64,000 nucleotides of DNA from Phormidesmis sp. (GTDB lineage: Bacteria > Cyanobacteriota > Cyanobacteriia > Leptolyngbyales > Leptolyngbyaceae). Within the stretch, counting starts at the first letter, position 1; every line of letters starts with the position of its first letter. Shown here piece by piece: positions 11,297 to 20,955 of this stretch. The stretch covers positions 1,312,001 through 1,376,000 of the forward strand of contig CBDFJR010000005.1 in the NCBI GenBank assembly GCA_965248535.1. The letters are read 5' to 3'. The translations under genes were made by a program, and so were the position numbers. The notes under the pieces were generated by a model, which searched no databases, was not told the origin of the DNA, and saw only the letters and a list, made by a program, of their open reading frames with translations.

Positions 11297-12040
11297 TCAG
11301 TAGCTGATCTGTAGAGTTACTGACCCCTCGACCCGCTGTTCGCCCCCAATGACAGGGGTCGGGGCTTGCGAGGCGGCTAACTTATTAAAGCGTGACGCAT
11401 CGGCAATCATGGGAGGCGGAGCAGATGCCCCGTTGATCTGAATGCTGACGATCTCTTTGCGAGTCAGACTGAGGGCACCAAACACGGCATCTGCTTGGCT
11501 TTGTGCGTCTTGGGTCGCTTTACGCAGGGCCAGTTTTTGAGCGACAGCGATCGCGTCATCACTAGCCACAAAACTCACGCCATCAATGCGACTGGCCCCA
11601 GCTTTGACGGCTTCATCTAGCAGGGTGCCTGCTTTCTCAGTCGGCACTCTAAAACTGACGCTATTAGAGGCACTATAGCCGTCGAGCTTTTGGACGTTGT
11701 TGTCATAGCGGTAGACCGGGTTGAGATTAATCCCAGTGGTCTCTAGCTTTTCGACCTTGCGAGCTTTGAGCAGCGTCACTACGGCATTCGATCGCCGAGC
11801 CACCGCTTCTTGCACGTCATTAGCCGTTTTGCCTTGGGCATCGACTCCTAACCGCACTTGGGTGAGGGTCGTTGCAATCTCTTCGACCCCGTGCCCCGTG
11901 ACGGTGAGGGTTTTTAACATTTTTTCTTGAGCAAAAACAGGACTGGCGAGCGATAAACTCATGAATCCTAAAGCGATCGGCAGTCGCTTGATCTGACTCC
12001 AAGCAAAAGCAGAACTGGTGGTTGAACGGATTATCGTCAT
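11297..12040 (-). CDS. SIMPL (DUF541) domain exported protein
   Basis: Signal peptide, TLTVTGHG, GASRIDGVSF and a V-x-L-x-I-x-Y end. Start may be GTG 12052 or ATG 12040. Confidence 0.85.
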   Translation of the reverse strand: MTIIRSTTSSAFAWSQIKRLPIALGFMSLSLASPVFAQEKMLKTLTVTGHGVEEIATTLTQVRLGVDAQGKTANDVQEAVARRSNAVVTLLKARKVEKLETTGINLNPVYRYDNNVQKLDGYSASNSVSFRVPTEKAGTLLDEAVKAGASRIDGVSFVASDDAIAVAQKLALRKATQDAQSQADAVFGALSLTRKEIVSIQINGASAPPPMIADASRFNKLAASQAPTPVIGGEQRVEGSVTLQISY

Positions 12041-12286
12041 TAGTTGAATCACTCCTCACTGAGAGCCACTGACATTGCTGCTGTGGTGGATGCTCTCAGT
12101 GTGTCATTGTTCAAGAACGATCGCTGCATTGGTTACATTTTTTGCAACTTAAACCCTAGAGGCTTGTATCATTTTTGACTCGCTTTAGCCATCCATGCCG
12201 AACGACACATTGCCATTTTTAATCAAAGGTGAGCGTAATAAAATGTTAGCTCAATTTTGACCTCTATCCTGAATAGGAGATTCCCA

Positions 12287-12916
12287 ATGTTGCCTCGCTT
12301 ACCGTTCTATTTCCTAACAGGATGTTTGACATTTATATCGATGATCTCAACCACCGTTCCGAGTTCTGCTCAACTTTTTAATAGTCCTGTCGATCGTCTA
12401 TCAGCTAACGATCGCGCTGCCTTGAGAAGCGGACAGACGTTGGTGACGGGGGAAAAAGGAAACTATGTCGCCAAGGTGTTAGTTAAAAGCTCTCAAGATG
12501 CTGCCTGGAACGTCTTAACAGACTATGGCAGTCTCTCAAAGTTTGTGCCTAATGTAGTCTCTAGTAAAGTGCTGGAGTCAAACGGCAACCGCAAGGTGAT
12601 TGAGCAAGTAGATGCGCGGCAGATCTTTTTAATCAACGTGCGATCGCGCATCCGCTCTTCAATTACCGAGACTGCTAAGAGTCGGATTGATTTTCAGCAG
12701 GTGGATGGTGATCTGCAAAAACTGCAAGGCTATTGGACTGTAGAACCCATTGCTGCTTTTTCAGGGGCAAAAGCCGATCAGGTGCTGATCACTCACGTCG
12801 TGGACGCACAGCCCAAACCTGGAACCCCAAAAGACATTTTTTATAACCTGTTTAAAGATTCTTTAGGGCAAACTCTCAAGGCGATTAGCCAAGAAGTCGT
12901 GCGGCGATCGCGGTAG
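12287..12916 (+). CDS. SRPBCC/polyketide cyclase-like (START-fold) protein with signal peptide
   Basis: WNVLTDYGSLSKFVPNV and IDFQQVDGDLQKLQGYW; AGGAG SD before ATG 12287. Confidence 0.85.
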   Translation: MLPRLPFYFLTGCLTFISMISTTVPSSAQLFNSPVDRLSANDRAALRSGQTLVTGEKGNYVAKVLVKSSQDAAWNVLTDYGSLSKFVPNVVSSKVLESNGNRKVIEQVDARQIFLINVRSRIRSSITETAKSRIDFQQVDGDLQKLQGYWTVEPIAAFSGAKADQVLITHVVDAQPKPGTPKDIFYNLFKDSLGQTLKAISQEVVRRSR

Positions 12917-12946
12917 GCTTTTTGAGCACCTGGGGCAATTTTCATC

Positions 12947-12985
12947 AGGCTACAGTGTCGGCAACAATCAGTCGGACTGTAGCCT
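12947..12985. terminator. Hairpin downstream of the SRPBCC gene
   Basis: 10-bp perfect inverted repeat AGGCTACAGT / ACTGTAGCCT. Confidence 0.5.
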
Positions 12986-13080
12986 AAATTTTGCTATCTA
13001 GGGTTAAGAATTTGTTGGAAATGGGTATAGATCAGGTAGCAAGACTAGACAGCCTCTGATAATAAGTTAATAGGAGCCAT

Positions 13081-13238
13081 GTGCCTAAAGATGCACGAAA
13101 ACCAGTCTAAGCTCACGGAGCTAATTTAAAGGATTCTAGAACCCTCTGTAAAGTTAGCCCCGGTTTCCGGAGAGTTGGAGAATCATAACGATCTCACTAT
13201 AGGAGGGTTCCTAGCGCATCTCCTCCGATTTTAGGCAT
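13081..13238 (+). ncRNA. Candidate structured non-coding RNA or 5' leader (family not recognised)
   Basis: Closing helix TGCCTAAA/TTTAGGCA encloses hairpin CGGAGCTAA...TTAGCCCCG and a branched GGAGAG...ATCTCCTCC domain. No long ORF here; strand uncertain. Confidence 0.45.
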
Positions 13239-13346
13239 CCACTGCGCGGCCTTTCAGCGCTTTGCGAAACCCACAAATCTGCAACGAAACCAGCCTACTT
13301 TTCAGATCTCCCAAGTTTTTCTGCTCAACTTGAACGAGTCGCAATA

Positions 13347-14486
13347 GTGGATACCCATCAAGTCTTTCAACTCATCGATCGCATCCTACCTTTTGAAGCC
13401 TGTCTTTATCATCAAATTTTGCCTTTGTCCCTTAAAGACCAGTGTCTTCATCTGGGCATGGTGACCTTAGAAGATGCCGCTGCTCTTGACTATGTGCGGC
13501 GAATTCTCAGGTTTATGAACTATTCACTGGTGCCCCAAACCCTGACTTCAGACGCTCACTCCACCACTCTTTCAGCTTATCTCCATTATGTGGGCACTCA
13601 ATCGGTGGCTCCTAACTCAGACGGGTTGGTGGCTCAACCACTCGGAGGGGCTAAAAATCTTGACTCATTAGCAGAAACCAGTCCGGTTGCTGATCACGGT
13701 TCTTCTGAGATCGGGGATCTCACCGCTTTTTCTGGCGATCGGGCCCGTCCGATCCAGGAGGCAAACGCCACCCTAATCATAGACAGCCCTGATGAGATCG
13801 AAGATCCGCCCAGTGTTCTTCTACGCGCCACCCTTGTTTTACCCTCAGAGCCGCCTCAGCAGGCTAAACGATCGTTTCCTGGAAACGCTTTGCCCACGTT
13901 AGAAGCTAGCACTGAGTATTTAAACAGTCCCCTAGATCATCTAGCTGCTTTACCGCCTGCCCAACTTTTGCAAGAATTGCTGGGGCGAATTTTTACGGAT
14001 GGCATTGGACGACTCTATCTTGAGCGCCGACCGACTACCGGAACCATCTTGTGGAGTCGCAACGGGGTTTTGCAATCGGTGTTAAGTGATTTGCCTCTGT
14101 CTAGCTTTCAGGGGGTGATTGATGAGCTAAAGCAACTCACCCACTTGCCTCTAACGCCAGTGCAGCAGCCCAAGCAGGTTGAGATTGAGCGGCTTTGTCA
14201 CCACAATCGGCTATTGCTGAGGCTGCGAGTGATGCCGAGTGCTCATGGCGAAGAAGCCACCTTGCAGATTTTGCGAGGAGCCGCCCTCAAGTTTTATCAG
14301 CAGCAGCAGATTGCCAACCTGAGCCGCGACGCGCTCAATATTGCTCAAGGTCTGCAACAAAAAATGCGTGAGATTCACGATCGCACTCTTGCCAATGCTC
14401 AACTCCCGCCTGATCAGGCTAATCTGACTCAAATCTTGCAGATTGTAGAGCAGCAGATCAAAGCTCTCAATGAGACGACTGATTAG
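13347..14486 (+). CDS. GspE/PilB N-terminal-like protein lacking the ATPase domain
   Basis: N-terminal LPFEACLYHQILPL...LGMV, then LRLRVMPSAHGEEATLQILR (resembles the PilB RVSTLP-GE-VVLR segment). No Walker A/B motif. Confidence 0.7.
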   Translation: MDTHQVFQLIDRILPFEACLYHQILPLSLKDQCLHLGMVTLEDAAALDYVRRILRFMNYSLVPQTLTSDAHSTTLSAYLHYVGTQSVAPNSDGLVAQPLGGAKNLDSLAETSPVADHGSSEIGDLTAFSGDRARPIQEANATLIIDSPDEIEDPPSVLLRATLVLPSEPPQQAKRSFPGNALPTLEASTEYLNSPLDHLAALPPAQLLQELLGRIFTDGIGRLYLERRPTTGTILWSRNGVLQSVLSDLPLSSFQGVIDELKQLTHLPLTPVQQPKQVEIERLCHHNRLLLRLRVMPSAHGEEATLQILRGAALKFYQQQQIANLSRDALNIAQGLQQKMREIHDRTLANAQLPPDQANLTQILQIVEQQIKALNETTD

Positions 14487-15542
14487 CTAGAGGCCTGCGG
14501 TGACGGGCTGCCAGCGTCCCAAGGGGTTGCCGATGATGGCGAGTTCTTGCATGAGTTGGTCAAAGCGATCGGGCGTTAACGATTGCGGGCCGTCTGACAG
14601 CGCTTTTTTAGGGTTGGGATGAACTTCGATCATGAGGGAGTCGGTGCCTGCGGCGATCGCGGCCATGGCCATCGCGGGCACATATTCTGCCCGCCCTGTG
14701 CCGTGGCTGGGGTCGATCATGATCGGCAGGTGAGTCAAAGAGCGCAGCACTGGGATCGCAGCCAGATCGAGCGTGTTGCGGGCATAGTCACGATCGAAGG
14801 TGCGAATCCCCCGTTCGCAGAGAATAACATTGGGGTTTCCGGCGGCCAAAACATATTCAGCCGCCATCAGCCAGTCTTCGATCGTGGCTGCCATGCCGCG
14901 CTTTAGCAACACGGGCTTATCTTGCGCGCCCACTTTCTTCAACAGAGAAAAGTTTTGCATATTGCGGGCACCGATTTGAATCACGTCTGCCACCTCTGCC
15001 AGAGGCTTTAAGTCGGCTGCATCCATCAGTTCAGTCACGATCCCTAGTCCAGTCACGGCTCGTGCGGCAGCTAACAGATCTAGAGCACTCTCGCCGTGGC
15101 CCTGAAAAGCGTAGGGTGAGGTGCGAGGCTTAAAAGCGCCGCCTCTTAAAAACTTCGCTCCGGCTGCTTTGACCCGTTGAGCCGTCTCGATAATCATCGC
15201 CTCGTTTTCGACCGAGCAGGGGCCCGCCACAACGACCAGCGGATGGTTTTCGCCAAAATGGACTATTCCATTAGGGGTCGGAACGCTGACAGTGCTGGCT
15301 TCACCCTGACGATATTGGCGACTGGCGCGTTTAAAGGGTTGCTCGACGCGCAGAACTTGCTCAACCCAAGGGCTAATTTCTTGAAGCTGTAAAGGGTCTA
15401 GATCAACGGTATCGCCGACTAAACCGAGCACAACTTTATGTTTGCCGATAATCTTTTCGGGGGTCAACCCCCATGTTGTTAGCTCATCGGTGACGCGGGT
15501 CAGTTCGACTTCCGGGGTGCCGATTTTCATAACCACAATCAT
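14487..15542 (-). CDS. aroF: 3-deoxy-7-phosphoheptulonate (DAHP) synthase, type I-beta
   Basis: AGPCSVE, RGGAFKPRTSPY, GARNMQNF and DPSHGTG. Confidence 0.97.
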   Translation of the reverse strand: MIVVMKIGTPEVELTRVTDELTTWGLTPEKIIGKHKVVLGLVGDTVDLDPLQLQEISPWVEQVLRVEQPFKRASRQYRQGEASTVSVPTPNGIVHFGENHPLVVVAGPCSVENEAMIIETAQRVKAAGAKFLRGGAFKPRTSPYAFQGHGESALDLLAAARAVTGLGIVTELMDAADLKPLAEVADVIQIGARNMQNFSLLKKVGAQDKPVLLKRGMAATIEDWLMAAEYVLAAGNPNVILCERGIRTFDRDYARNTLDLAAIPVLRSLTHLPIMIDPSHGTGRAEYVPAMAMAAIAAGTDSLMIEVHPNPKKALSDGPQSLTPDRFDQLMQELAIIGNPLGRWQPVTAGL

Positions 15543-15660
15543 GAGAGAGCCTCTGCTAGGTTGGAGATGGGCAATAGGGTCTATTGTGCGATCGCCCGCC
15601 TCAAAAAGCTATTAAGAAACTTTTTAATCAGAGACTCAACCTCATGAGGGGTCGATGACC

Positions 15661-16215
15661 TTACTCGCGCAGTTCTTTCTTTTGTCGGGCTGACTTCCAG
15701 GCATCGGTTAACCGCTTGAAGTTGAGATTAAATTCTTCTAGGCCGACGCGGGTGCCGACTCGTTCTTCATCCCAAGATGCAGAGATTAAACCATAGGACA
15801 GTCCTAGCACTCCTAGTCCCAAAAAGCCCATGCTCACCAGCACGACCGCTACGTTGGGCAGTTTGATTCCAGCTTTGACCAAAAGCAAATAGCTGGCGAT
15901 AAACGTCAGCATCCCCAGCGCGCTAGGAATGCCGCAGAAAAACGCCATGCGGCGAGCCATGCGCTTGCTGACCACTTCGGGAATGGTGCCTGAATCTCTC
16001 GACGATCGCGGACTCTTTTTAGCGGCTTTGCGATCGCTAGTCGGCTCTCTTTTCTCAAGTTTAGACGGCGCAAGAATGGGCTGCTTTTCGCGCTTGGGTT
16101 TTTTGGTGCTTTTTTCTACCGCAGGGTTGGGATCGGGCTTTGCCGATTTTTTCTTCTGGGTAGGCTCAAAGGGTAAGCGGTCTGGTGGTTTGGGGTTTTT
16201 AGGGTCAGACGACAT
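15661..16215 (-). CDS. pam68: PAM68 (DUF3464) photosystem II assembly factor
   Basis: IPEVVSKRMARRMAFFCGIP, two TM helices and GLSYGLISASWDE; located next to rpsO. Confidence 0.9.
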   Translation of the reverse strand: MSSDPKNPKPPDRLPFEPTQKKKSAKPDPNPAVEKSTKKPKREKQPILAPSKLEKREPTSDRKAAKKSPRSSRDSGTIPEVVSKRMARRMAFFCGIPSALGMLTFIASYLLLVKAGIKLPNVAVVLVSMGFLGLGVLGLSYGLISASWDEERVGTRVGLEEFNLNFKRLTDAWKSARQKKELRE

Positions 16216-16230
16216 CGGCTAAAACGCTCC

Positions 16231-16500
16231 TTAACCCCGGATGCCAAGACGAGTAATCAGGGCCCGATAGCGCTCTTGGCTGCCTTTGTTGATGTAGGCC
16301 AGCAAGCGCTTGCGTTGACCAATCATTTTTAGCAAGCCCATGCGTGAAGCGTGGTCTTTTTTGTTGGTTCTTAAGTGAAGGCTGAGTTTGTTGATGCGAT
16401 CGGTCAGCATCGCAACCTGCACTTCTGATGACCCGGTATCGGTTTCGTGAATTTGATAATCGGTGATAATTTCTTGTTTACGCTGTTGCAGCAGAGCCAT
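16231..16500 (-). CDS. rpsO: 30S ribosomal protein S15
   Basis: [16 protein letters not shown] and [11 protein letters not shown]. Confidence 0.99.
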   Translation of the reverse strand: MALLQQRKQEIITDYQIHETDTGSSEVQVAMLTDRINKLSLHLRTNKKDHASRMGLLKMIGQRKRLLAYINKGSQERYRALITRLGIRG

Positions 16501-16644
16501 GAGATAAATTTTTCCGTTATTGAGGGTGGATGTGCAGTCTCATATATTATCACAAGGAAATTCGTTGGAGATGACAGACTTTGTGAACGGCGATCGCGTT
16601 GATAGGCAAGATGGCGGCGAGTCAAAGAATGCAAGGGGTCAGGT

Positions 16645-18816
16645 GTGAGGCGACTAGCGGTTTTTATCAGTTTGATGATTGGGTTGATCGGCGTGATTGG
16701 GTTTCCTGATATCGCGATCGCGCAACCCGAACGCACTCCTCTCACGTTAGAGCTTTTGCAAGAACGGCTGCGATCGCCCGTGCCCCGTGAAGGCACTCGA
16801 ATTCTCGACTTGCGGCGCACCACGATCGACCTACGCCCTGAAAATGCCGACTTCCGCGATCAGTTCTACAGTCTGGTGCAGGCGCAGTTACAGCGTCCGG
16901 GGTTGCCGTTGGGACTAGATCTGAGCTATTCGCTGATTGAGGGAGATTTGGCGATCGCCAAACTGGGGTTGCGGGCCCCTCTCTATGGAGAGTCGCTGTC
17001 TCCCATCTTCACGCCCACTGAGAAAGCCCAATTGCAGCGCGATCGTCGTCGGCTGTCGCGATTGAGCACGCTGTCACGATCGCTCTTAATCACGTCTAAA
17101 GAATCATCGCAAGCGCCTTCTGCCCAAATCACGGTGTTTCGCGGCCCGATTAAACTCGTGCAGACCCGCGTCACGGGCTTTGCAGACTTCACCAACACGT
17201 TTTTTCTCAATCGCCTAGAGGCTCCAGGGGCACAGTTTCCGGCGGGGGCAGATTGGTCACAGACCCGATTTAGTTTGCCTGTGAGCTTTACAAACGCCAA
17301 CTTTGGGCGAGAAGCGCTGTTTCGCAACAATATTTTTTTTGGCAAAGCAGACTTTAATCAGGCGCAGTTTCGCGGCGAGGTCAATTTTCAGAGCAGCGAG
17401 TTTCAGGCGACGGCAAACTTTAATCAGGCAGTCTTTTATCAATCGGCCAACTTTGGGCGGGTGCAGTGGCAGGGCAACGCCGATTTTGCCCAGACGCGCT
17501 GGCGAGAGCAAACGCTATTCACCAAAGACAAATTTAGTCAGTTATTTTTTCTGACGGATGCCACGTTTGAGCAATCGGTGATTTTCCGCGAAGCTCAATT
17601 TAATCGCGCTGTTAATCTGCGCGGAGCCACGATTCTCGATCGCGCTGATTTTAGCTATTGCTCTTTCTCAAAGGGGGCTTATCTCAACGTCGCCGGATTG
17701 CGATTTGACTCTGACAAAGCTAAGATTTTGGGCGATCCGGGGCAGATCGGCAAGGCGATCTCGGTGCCGACTTTGCAGGGCAATGAGAATCTGCTGCGGG
17801 AATTAGTGCGAAACTTTCGGCGACTGGAACAGATTTCTGACGCAAATCAAATCGATTACACGGCCCAGCGCCTGCGATCGCAACTGCTTTTGCAACGGCT
17901 ATTGGGCACCAATTTAAACACCGCCAAGCTACCTCAGTTGATCACAATCGGATTTGATGCGCGTCAGGCAGCGGCGATCGTGCAGCAGCGAGAAAAACAG
18001 CCCTTTCGCAATCCAACCGAGCTACTCACGGTGGCGGCGGTTGATTTAGAAACCTACATCAGAGTCCGCGATCGCGTGATCACGGTCGAGCCACTGTCGC
18101 CGATTTTGAATGGGCTAGATCACCTAAGCCTTGCGTTTAACTGGGTGGCTCTGAGCCTACTGCTGTTGTTAAGCCGCAACGGAACGAGCTTTTGGCTGAC
18201 CTTCGGGGTCGGACTGGTGACGATCGCCTATTTCAGCCTTTTGTTTTGGGGGGTTGATCGCTGGCGCAGACGCTATCCCAAACCGATCTTACCAACCTGG
18301 CGAGAGTTTGCTTGGGTCAGCAGTTTTGCCACAGTTCTCAATCTGGGGGGACTGTTGGCGGTGTTTCGCAACGGCGATCGCCCGTGGATGACCTTGGCGT
18401 GTTTGGCGATCGTCATGGTGCCCATTCCGCTGATCCTGATCGGACTGCTGATTCGGCAGGGTCGCTATCACCCATTATTAGACGCTAGCTATTTTGTTGA
18501 AGAAGGCACCCTGCGCCAGTTGCGAATCTTGATCGGACGGTTGCCAATTATTCCGCGAGAACCCGTGTTTCGCGATCGCTATCTGCCCATCTTGTGGGAT
18601 CGGCGGTGGAGTTGGCTCAACTATTTCGACTTCAGCTTTAACAACTTTTTGCGCTTTGGCTTTAACGATATTCGGCTGCGAGATCAGCATCTCCCTAACT
18701 TAGTGACTGGGCTTGTTTGGTATCAATGGAGTTTGGGTACGCTCTACATTGCCTTGCTGCTGTGGACACTTTCGCGCACGATTCCGGGTCTAAATTTACT
18801 GATTTACTTTAAGTAA
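16645..18816 (+). CDS. Membrane protein with pentapeptide repeats, a helix-hairpin-helix domain and several TM helices
   Basis: Signal peptide; A(D/N)F-x-x-A-x-F repeats; NLNTA...AAAIVQQR...PF HhH-like segment; hydrophobic C-terminal half. Confidence 0.85.
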   Translation: MRRLAVFISLMIGLIGVIGFPDIAIAQPERTPLTLELLQERLRSPVPREGTRILDLRRTTIDLRPENADFRDQFYSLVQAQLQRPGLPLGLDLSYSLIEGDLAIAKLGLRAPLYGESLSPIFTPTEKAQLQRDRRRLSRLSTLSRSLLITSKESSQAPSAQITVFRGPIKLVQTRVTGFADFTNTFFLNRLEAPGAQFPAGADWSQTRFSLPVSFTNANFGREALFRNNIFFGKADFNQAQFRGEVNFQSSEFQATANFNQAVFYQSANFGRVQWQGNADFAQTRWREQTLFTKDKFSQLFFLTDATFEQSVIFREAQFNRAVNLRGATILDRADFSYCSFSKGAYLNVAGLRFDSDKAKILGDPGQIGKAISVPTLQGNENLLRELVRNFRRLEQISDANQIDYTAQRLRSQLLLQRLLGTNLNTAKLPQLITIGFDARQAAAIVQQREKQPFRNPTELLTVAAVDLETYIRVRDRVITVEPLSPILNGLDHLSLAFNWVALSLLLLLSRNGTSFWLTFGVGLVTIAYFSLLFWGVDRWRRRYPKPILPTWREFAWVSSFATVLNLGGLLAVFRNGDRPWMTLACLAIVMVPIPLILIGLLIRQGRYHPLLDASYFVEEGTLRQLRILIGRLPIIPREPVFRDRYLPILWDRRWSWLNYFDFSFNNFLRFGFNDIRLRDQHLPNLVTGLVWYQWSLGTLYIALLLWTLSRTIPGLNLLIYFK

Positions 18817-19080
18817 AATTTATAGCTCGCAACTGAGGCTCAATGGCTCTTAATGTCGAAAAATGACTCATCGTTCTCAAAATCAGCTAAATTCACAGAA
18901 TATTGTCCAGTTTTTGCAGATAATCTGAGGAATTGTTGTTAATACTGTTTGCCAGAAGGCTTGATTTATCTAGAGAAGTGAGCCAATAAAAAGCCAGCCA
19001 AATTTGATTTTCTGCCTACAATAAAAGCTCAAATTTAATTGATTTTCGTCAAATATCTTTAGTCCACGATCGATTGGTGT

Positions 19081-20589
19081 GTGTTGAGGAAGCCTGTGAA
19101 AAGCTCGAAGAAGCGACCCGTCTCTCAAAAGTCAGTTCCTGCGTCATCTGCTCAACCTAAACGAGCCGTTTCTAAACCCAAACCTTCAGCCCAGCCCAAA
19201 GGCAAAAAACTGCTCTGGCTGATGTTTTGTCTAACAGGGGTCGCCATGCTTTCGGCAACGGCAGGGGCATTACTTGCGGTTTCTCTCGCAAGCACCCCGC
19301 TCATGCAGCGCCAACTTAGCCCCGCTCAAGCCTCTGTGTTTGGCAAAGGCGGCATCTCAAGCCGAGGCAGCTTGAAACTCCCCGAACTGACGCGCCCCGT
19401 CAACATCTTGGTTTTGGGAGCCAAGGTGCTAACGACAGATTTGCAAAATCCCCCTGAAAACCTCAAAAATCTTCGCTATCAGGCGCTGGTCAACTCCTTT
19501 GATGGGTTGACCGATGTGATGCTGCTGCTGCGGTTTAACCCTGACACTAAAAAGCTGACGGTTCTCTCAGTGCCCAGAGATACGCGAACTTATATCCCCG
19601 ATCGCGGCATTCACAAAATTAACGAAGCCAATTTATATGGGGGTCCAGCGCTGAGTGCAAAGACGGTAAGTCAGTTGCTGGGCGGGGTGGGGGTCGATCG
19701 CTATGTCACCATCAACGTGCAGGGGGTGCAAGCGCTGATCGATGCCCTAGGCGGCGTGACGGTTTTTGTGCCCAAAGACATGAAATATAAAGACGACAGT
19801 CAACATCTTTATGTCAATCTCAAAGCAGGACGGCAACACCTCAACGGCGATCAAACCCTGCAACTGCTGCGCTTCCGCTATGACGAAAATGGCGATATTG
19901 GGCGAATTCAGCGCCAGCAAACCGTGATGCGCGCTCTGATGGAGCAGGCCCTTAACCCCACCACGGTGACTCAGATTCCTAAGCTGCTCTCGATTATTCA
20001 GTCTCACATCGACACTAATCTAACGGTCGAAGAACTGGTTGCCCTGACGGGCTTTGCCTCGCAGGTAAATCGATCGAACACTCAAATGCTGATGGTTCCG
20101 GGTGAGTTTAGCGCTCCGGGTGAATATGACGCGAGCTATTGGCTGCCTCACCCGGCTGATATTCAGAAGTTAGTCGGTCAACATCTCGATTTTGGCACCA
20201 CAGCATTGACCGAAGATCAGCCCGCGACACTGAGGGTTGCGATTCAAAACAGCATTCCTCAAGAGCGAGGGGTGCAGTCGGTGCTCACCACCTTGAGAGG
20301 AGCCGGATTTAACAATGTCTATCAAGACAAACCCTGGACAGAGCCATTGAGCATCACGCGCATTGTCGCCCAGCAAGGTGACGTGATTGGGGCTGAGGCG
20401 GTGCGGCGATCGCTAGGGTTTGGCGAAGTCAGAATCGAGGCCACGGGAAGCCTTGACTCAGATGTGACCATTCAAATCGGCAAAGATGCCCTTCAGCCGC
20501 CTAAAAAGCTGCTGCGTCCGGGGCTAAAAGATCCCGCTGAGGGTCGAGGTGAGCCACGATCGCTCACCAACCCTGCCAACAAAGGCTAG
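19081..20589 (+). CDS. LCP (LytR-CpsA-Psr) family protein with LytR C-terminal domain
   Basis: TM anchor, NILVLG, TDVMLL, SVPRDT, GDIGRIQRQQ and C-terminal DVTIQIGKD. Confidence 0.93.
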   Translation: MLRKPVKSSKKRPVSQKSVPASSAQPKRAVSKPKPSAQPKGKKLLWLMFCLTGVAMLSATAGALLAVSLASTPLMQRQLSPAQASVFGKGGISSRGSLKLPELTRPVNILVLGAKVLTTDLQNPPENLKNLRYQALVNSFDGLTDVMLLLRFNPDTKKLTVLSVPRDTRTYIPDRGIHKINEANLYGGPALSAKTVSQLLGGVGVDRYVTINVQGVQALIDALGGVTVFVPKDMKYKDDSQHLYVNLKAGRQHLNGDQTLQLLRFRYDENGDIGRIQRQQTVMRALMEQALNPTTVTQIPKLLSIIQSHIDTNLTVEELVALTGFASQVNRSNTQMLMVPGEFSAPGEYDASYWLPHPADIQKLVGQHLDFGTTALTEDQPATLRVAIQNSIPQERGVQSVLTTLRGAGFNNVYQDKPWTEPLSITRIVAQQGDVIGAEAVRRSLGFGEVRIEATGSLDSDVTIQIGKDALQPPKKLLRPGLKDPAEGRGEPRSLTNPANKG

Positions 20590-20610
20590 AGCGTTGTGAT
20601 CTGATGAGCG

Positions 20611-20907
20611 TCAAAACTCTTCGTCAGTCAGCGTTTCAATCAACAGATCGACTTGTCGCTGACGTTGAGCTAAAAAGGTTTCGCACTGTCTCAAATGCTT
20701 GACGGCGGTCGAAAATTGCTCAAAGACATCGGCCAGATCTAACTCACCCGACTCAATGCGCGCCAAGATCGACTCAACTTGAGCTACTGTTTCCTCATAG
20801 TTCCAGTCGGTTTGGAGCGCGTGACTCGATCGGGTTGCCGCGATTGAGTCTTCATCCGCTTCGATTTGCTTAGAATAGGCTGCATTTGAGCCAGGGGGAA
20901 TAGTCAT
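20611..20907 (-). CDS. xseB: Exodeoxyribonuclease VII small subunit
   Basis: [24 protein letters not shown]; downstream of xseA. Confidence 0.92.
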   Translation of the reverse strand: MTIPPGSNAAYSKQIEADEDSIAATRSSHALQTDWNYEETVAQVESILARIESGELDLADVFEQFSTAVKHLRQCETFLAQRQRQVDLLIETLTDEEF

Positions 20908-20955
20908 GCAGCGCCCCAAAGTGACGGTGAATTCTGACTCTTTTATTTATAGTCT

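Noticed and set aside
13079..13129. 16-codon ORF MCLKMHENQSKLTELI after AGGAG
   Set aside because: SD-to-ATG spacing is only 2 nt and the peptide has no recognisable features.
13081..13262. c-di-AMP (ydaO) or glycine riboswitch in the structured region
   Set aside because: Only scattered words match (GCTGAA, CGGAGGA, GGGGCTAA on the minus strand; GGAGAG on the plus strand). The diagnostic CCCG..AGCTAAC or CCGAAG...CTCAGG elements are absent, so it is left as an unnamed candidate.
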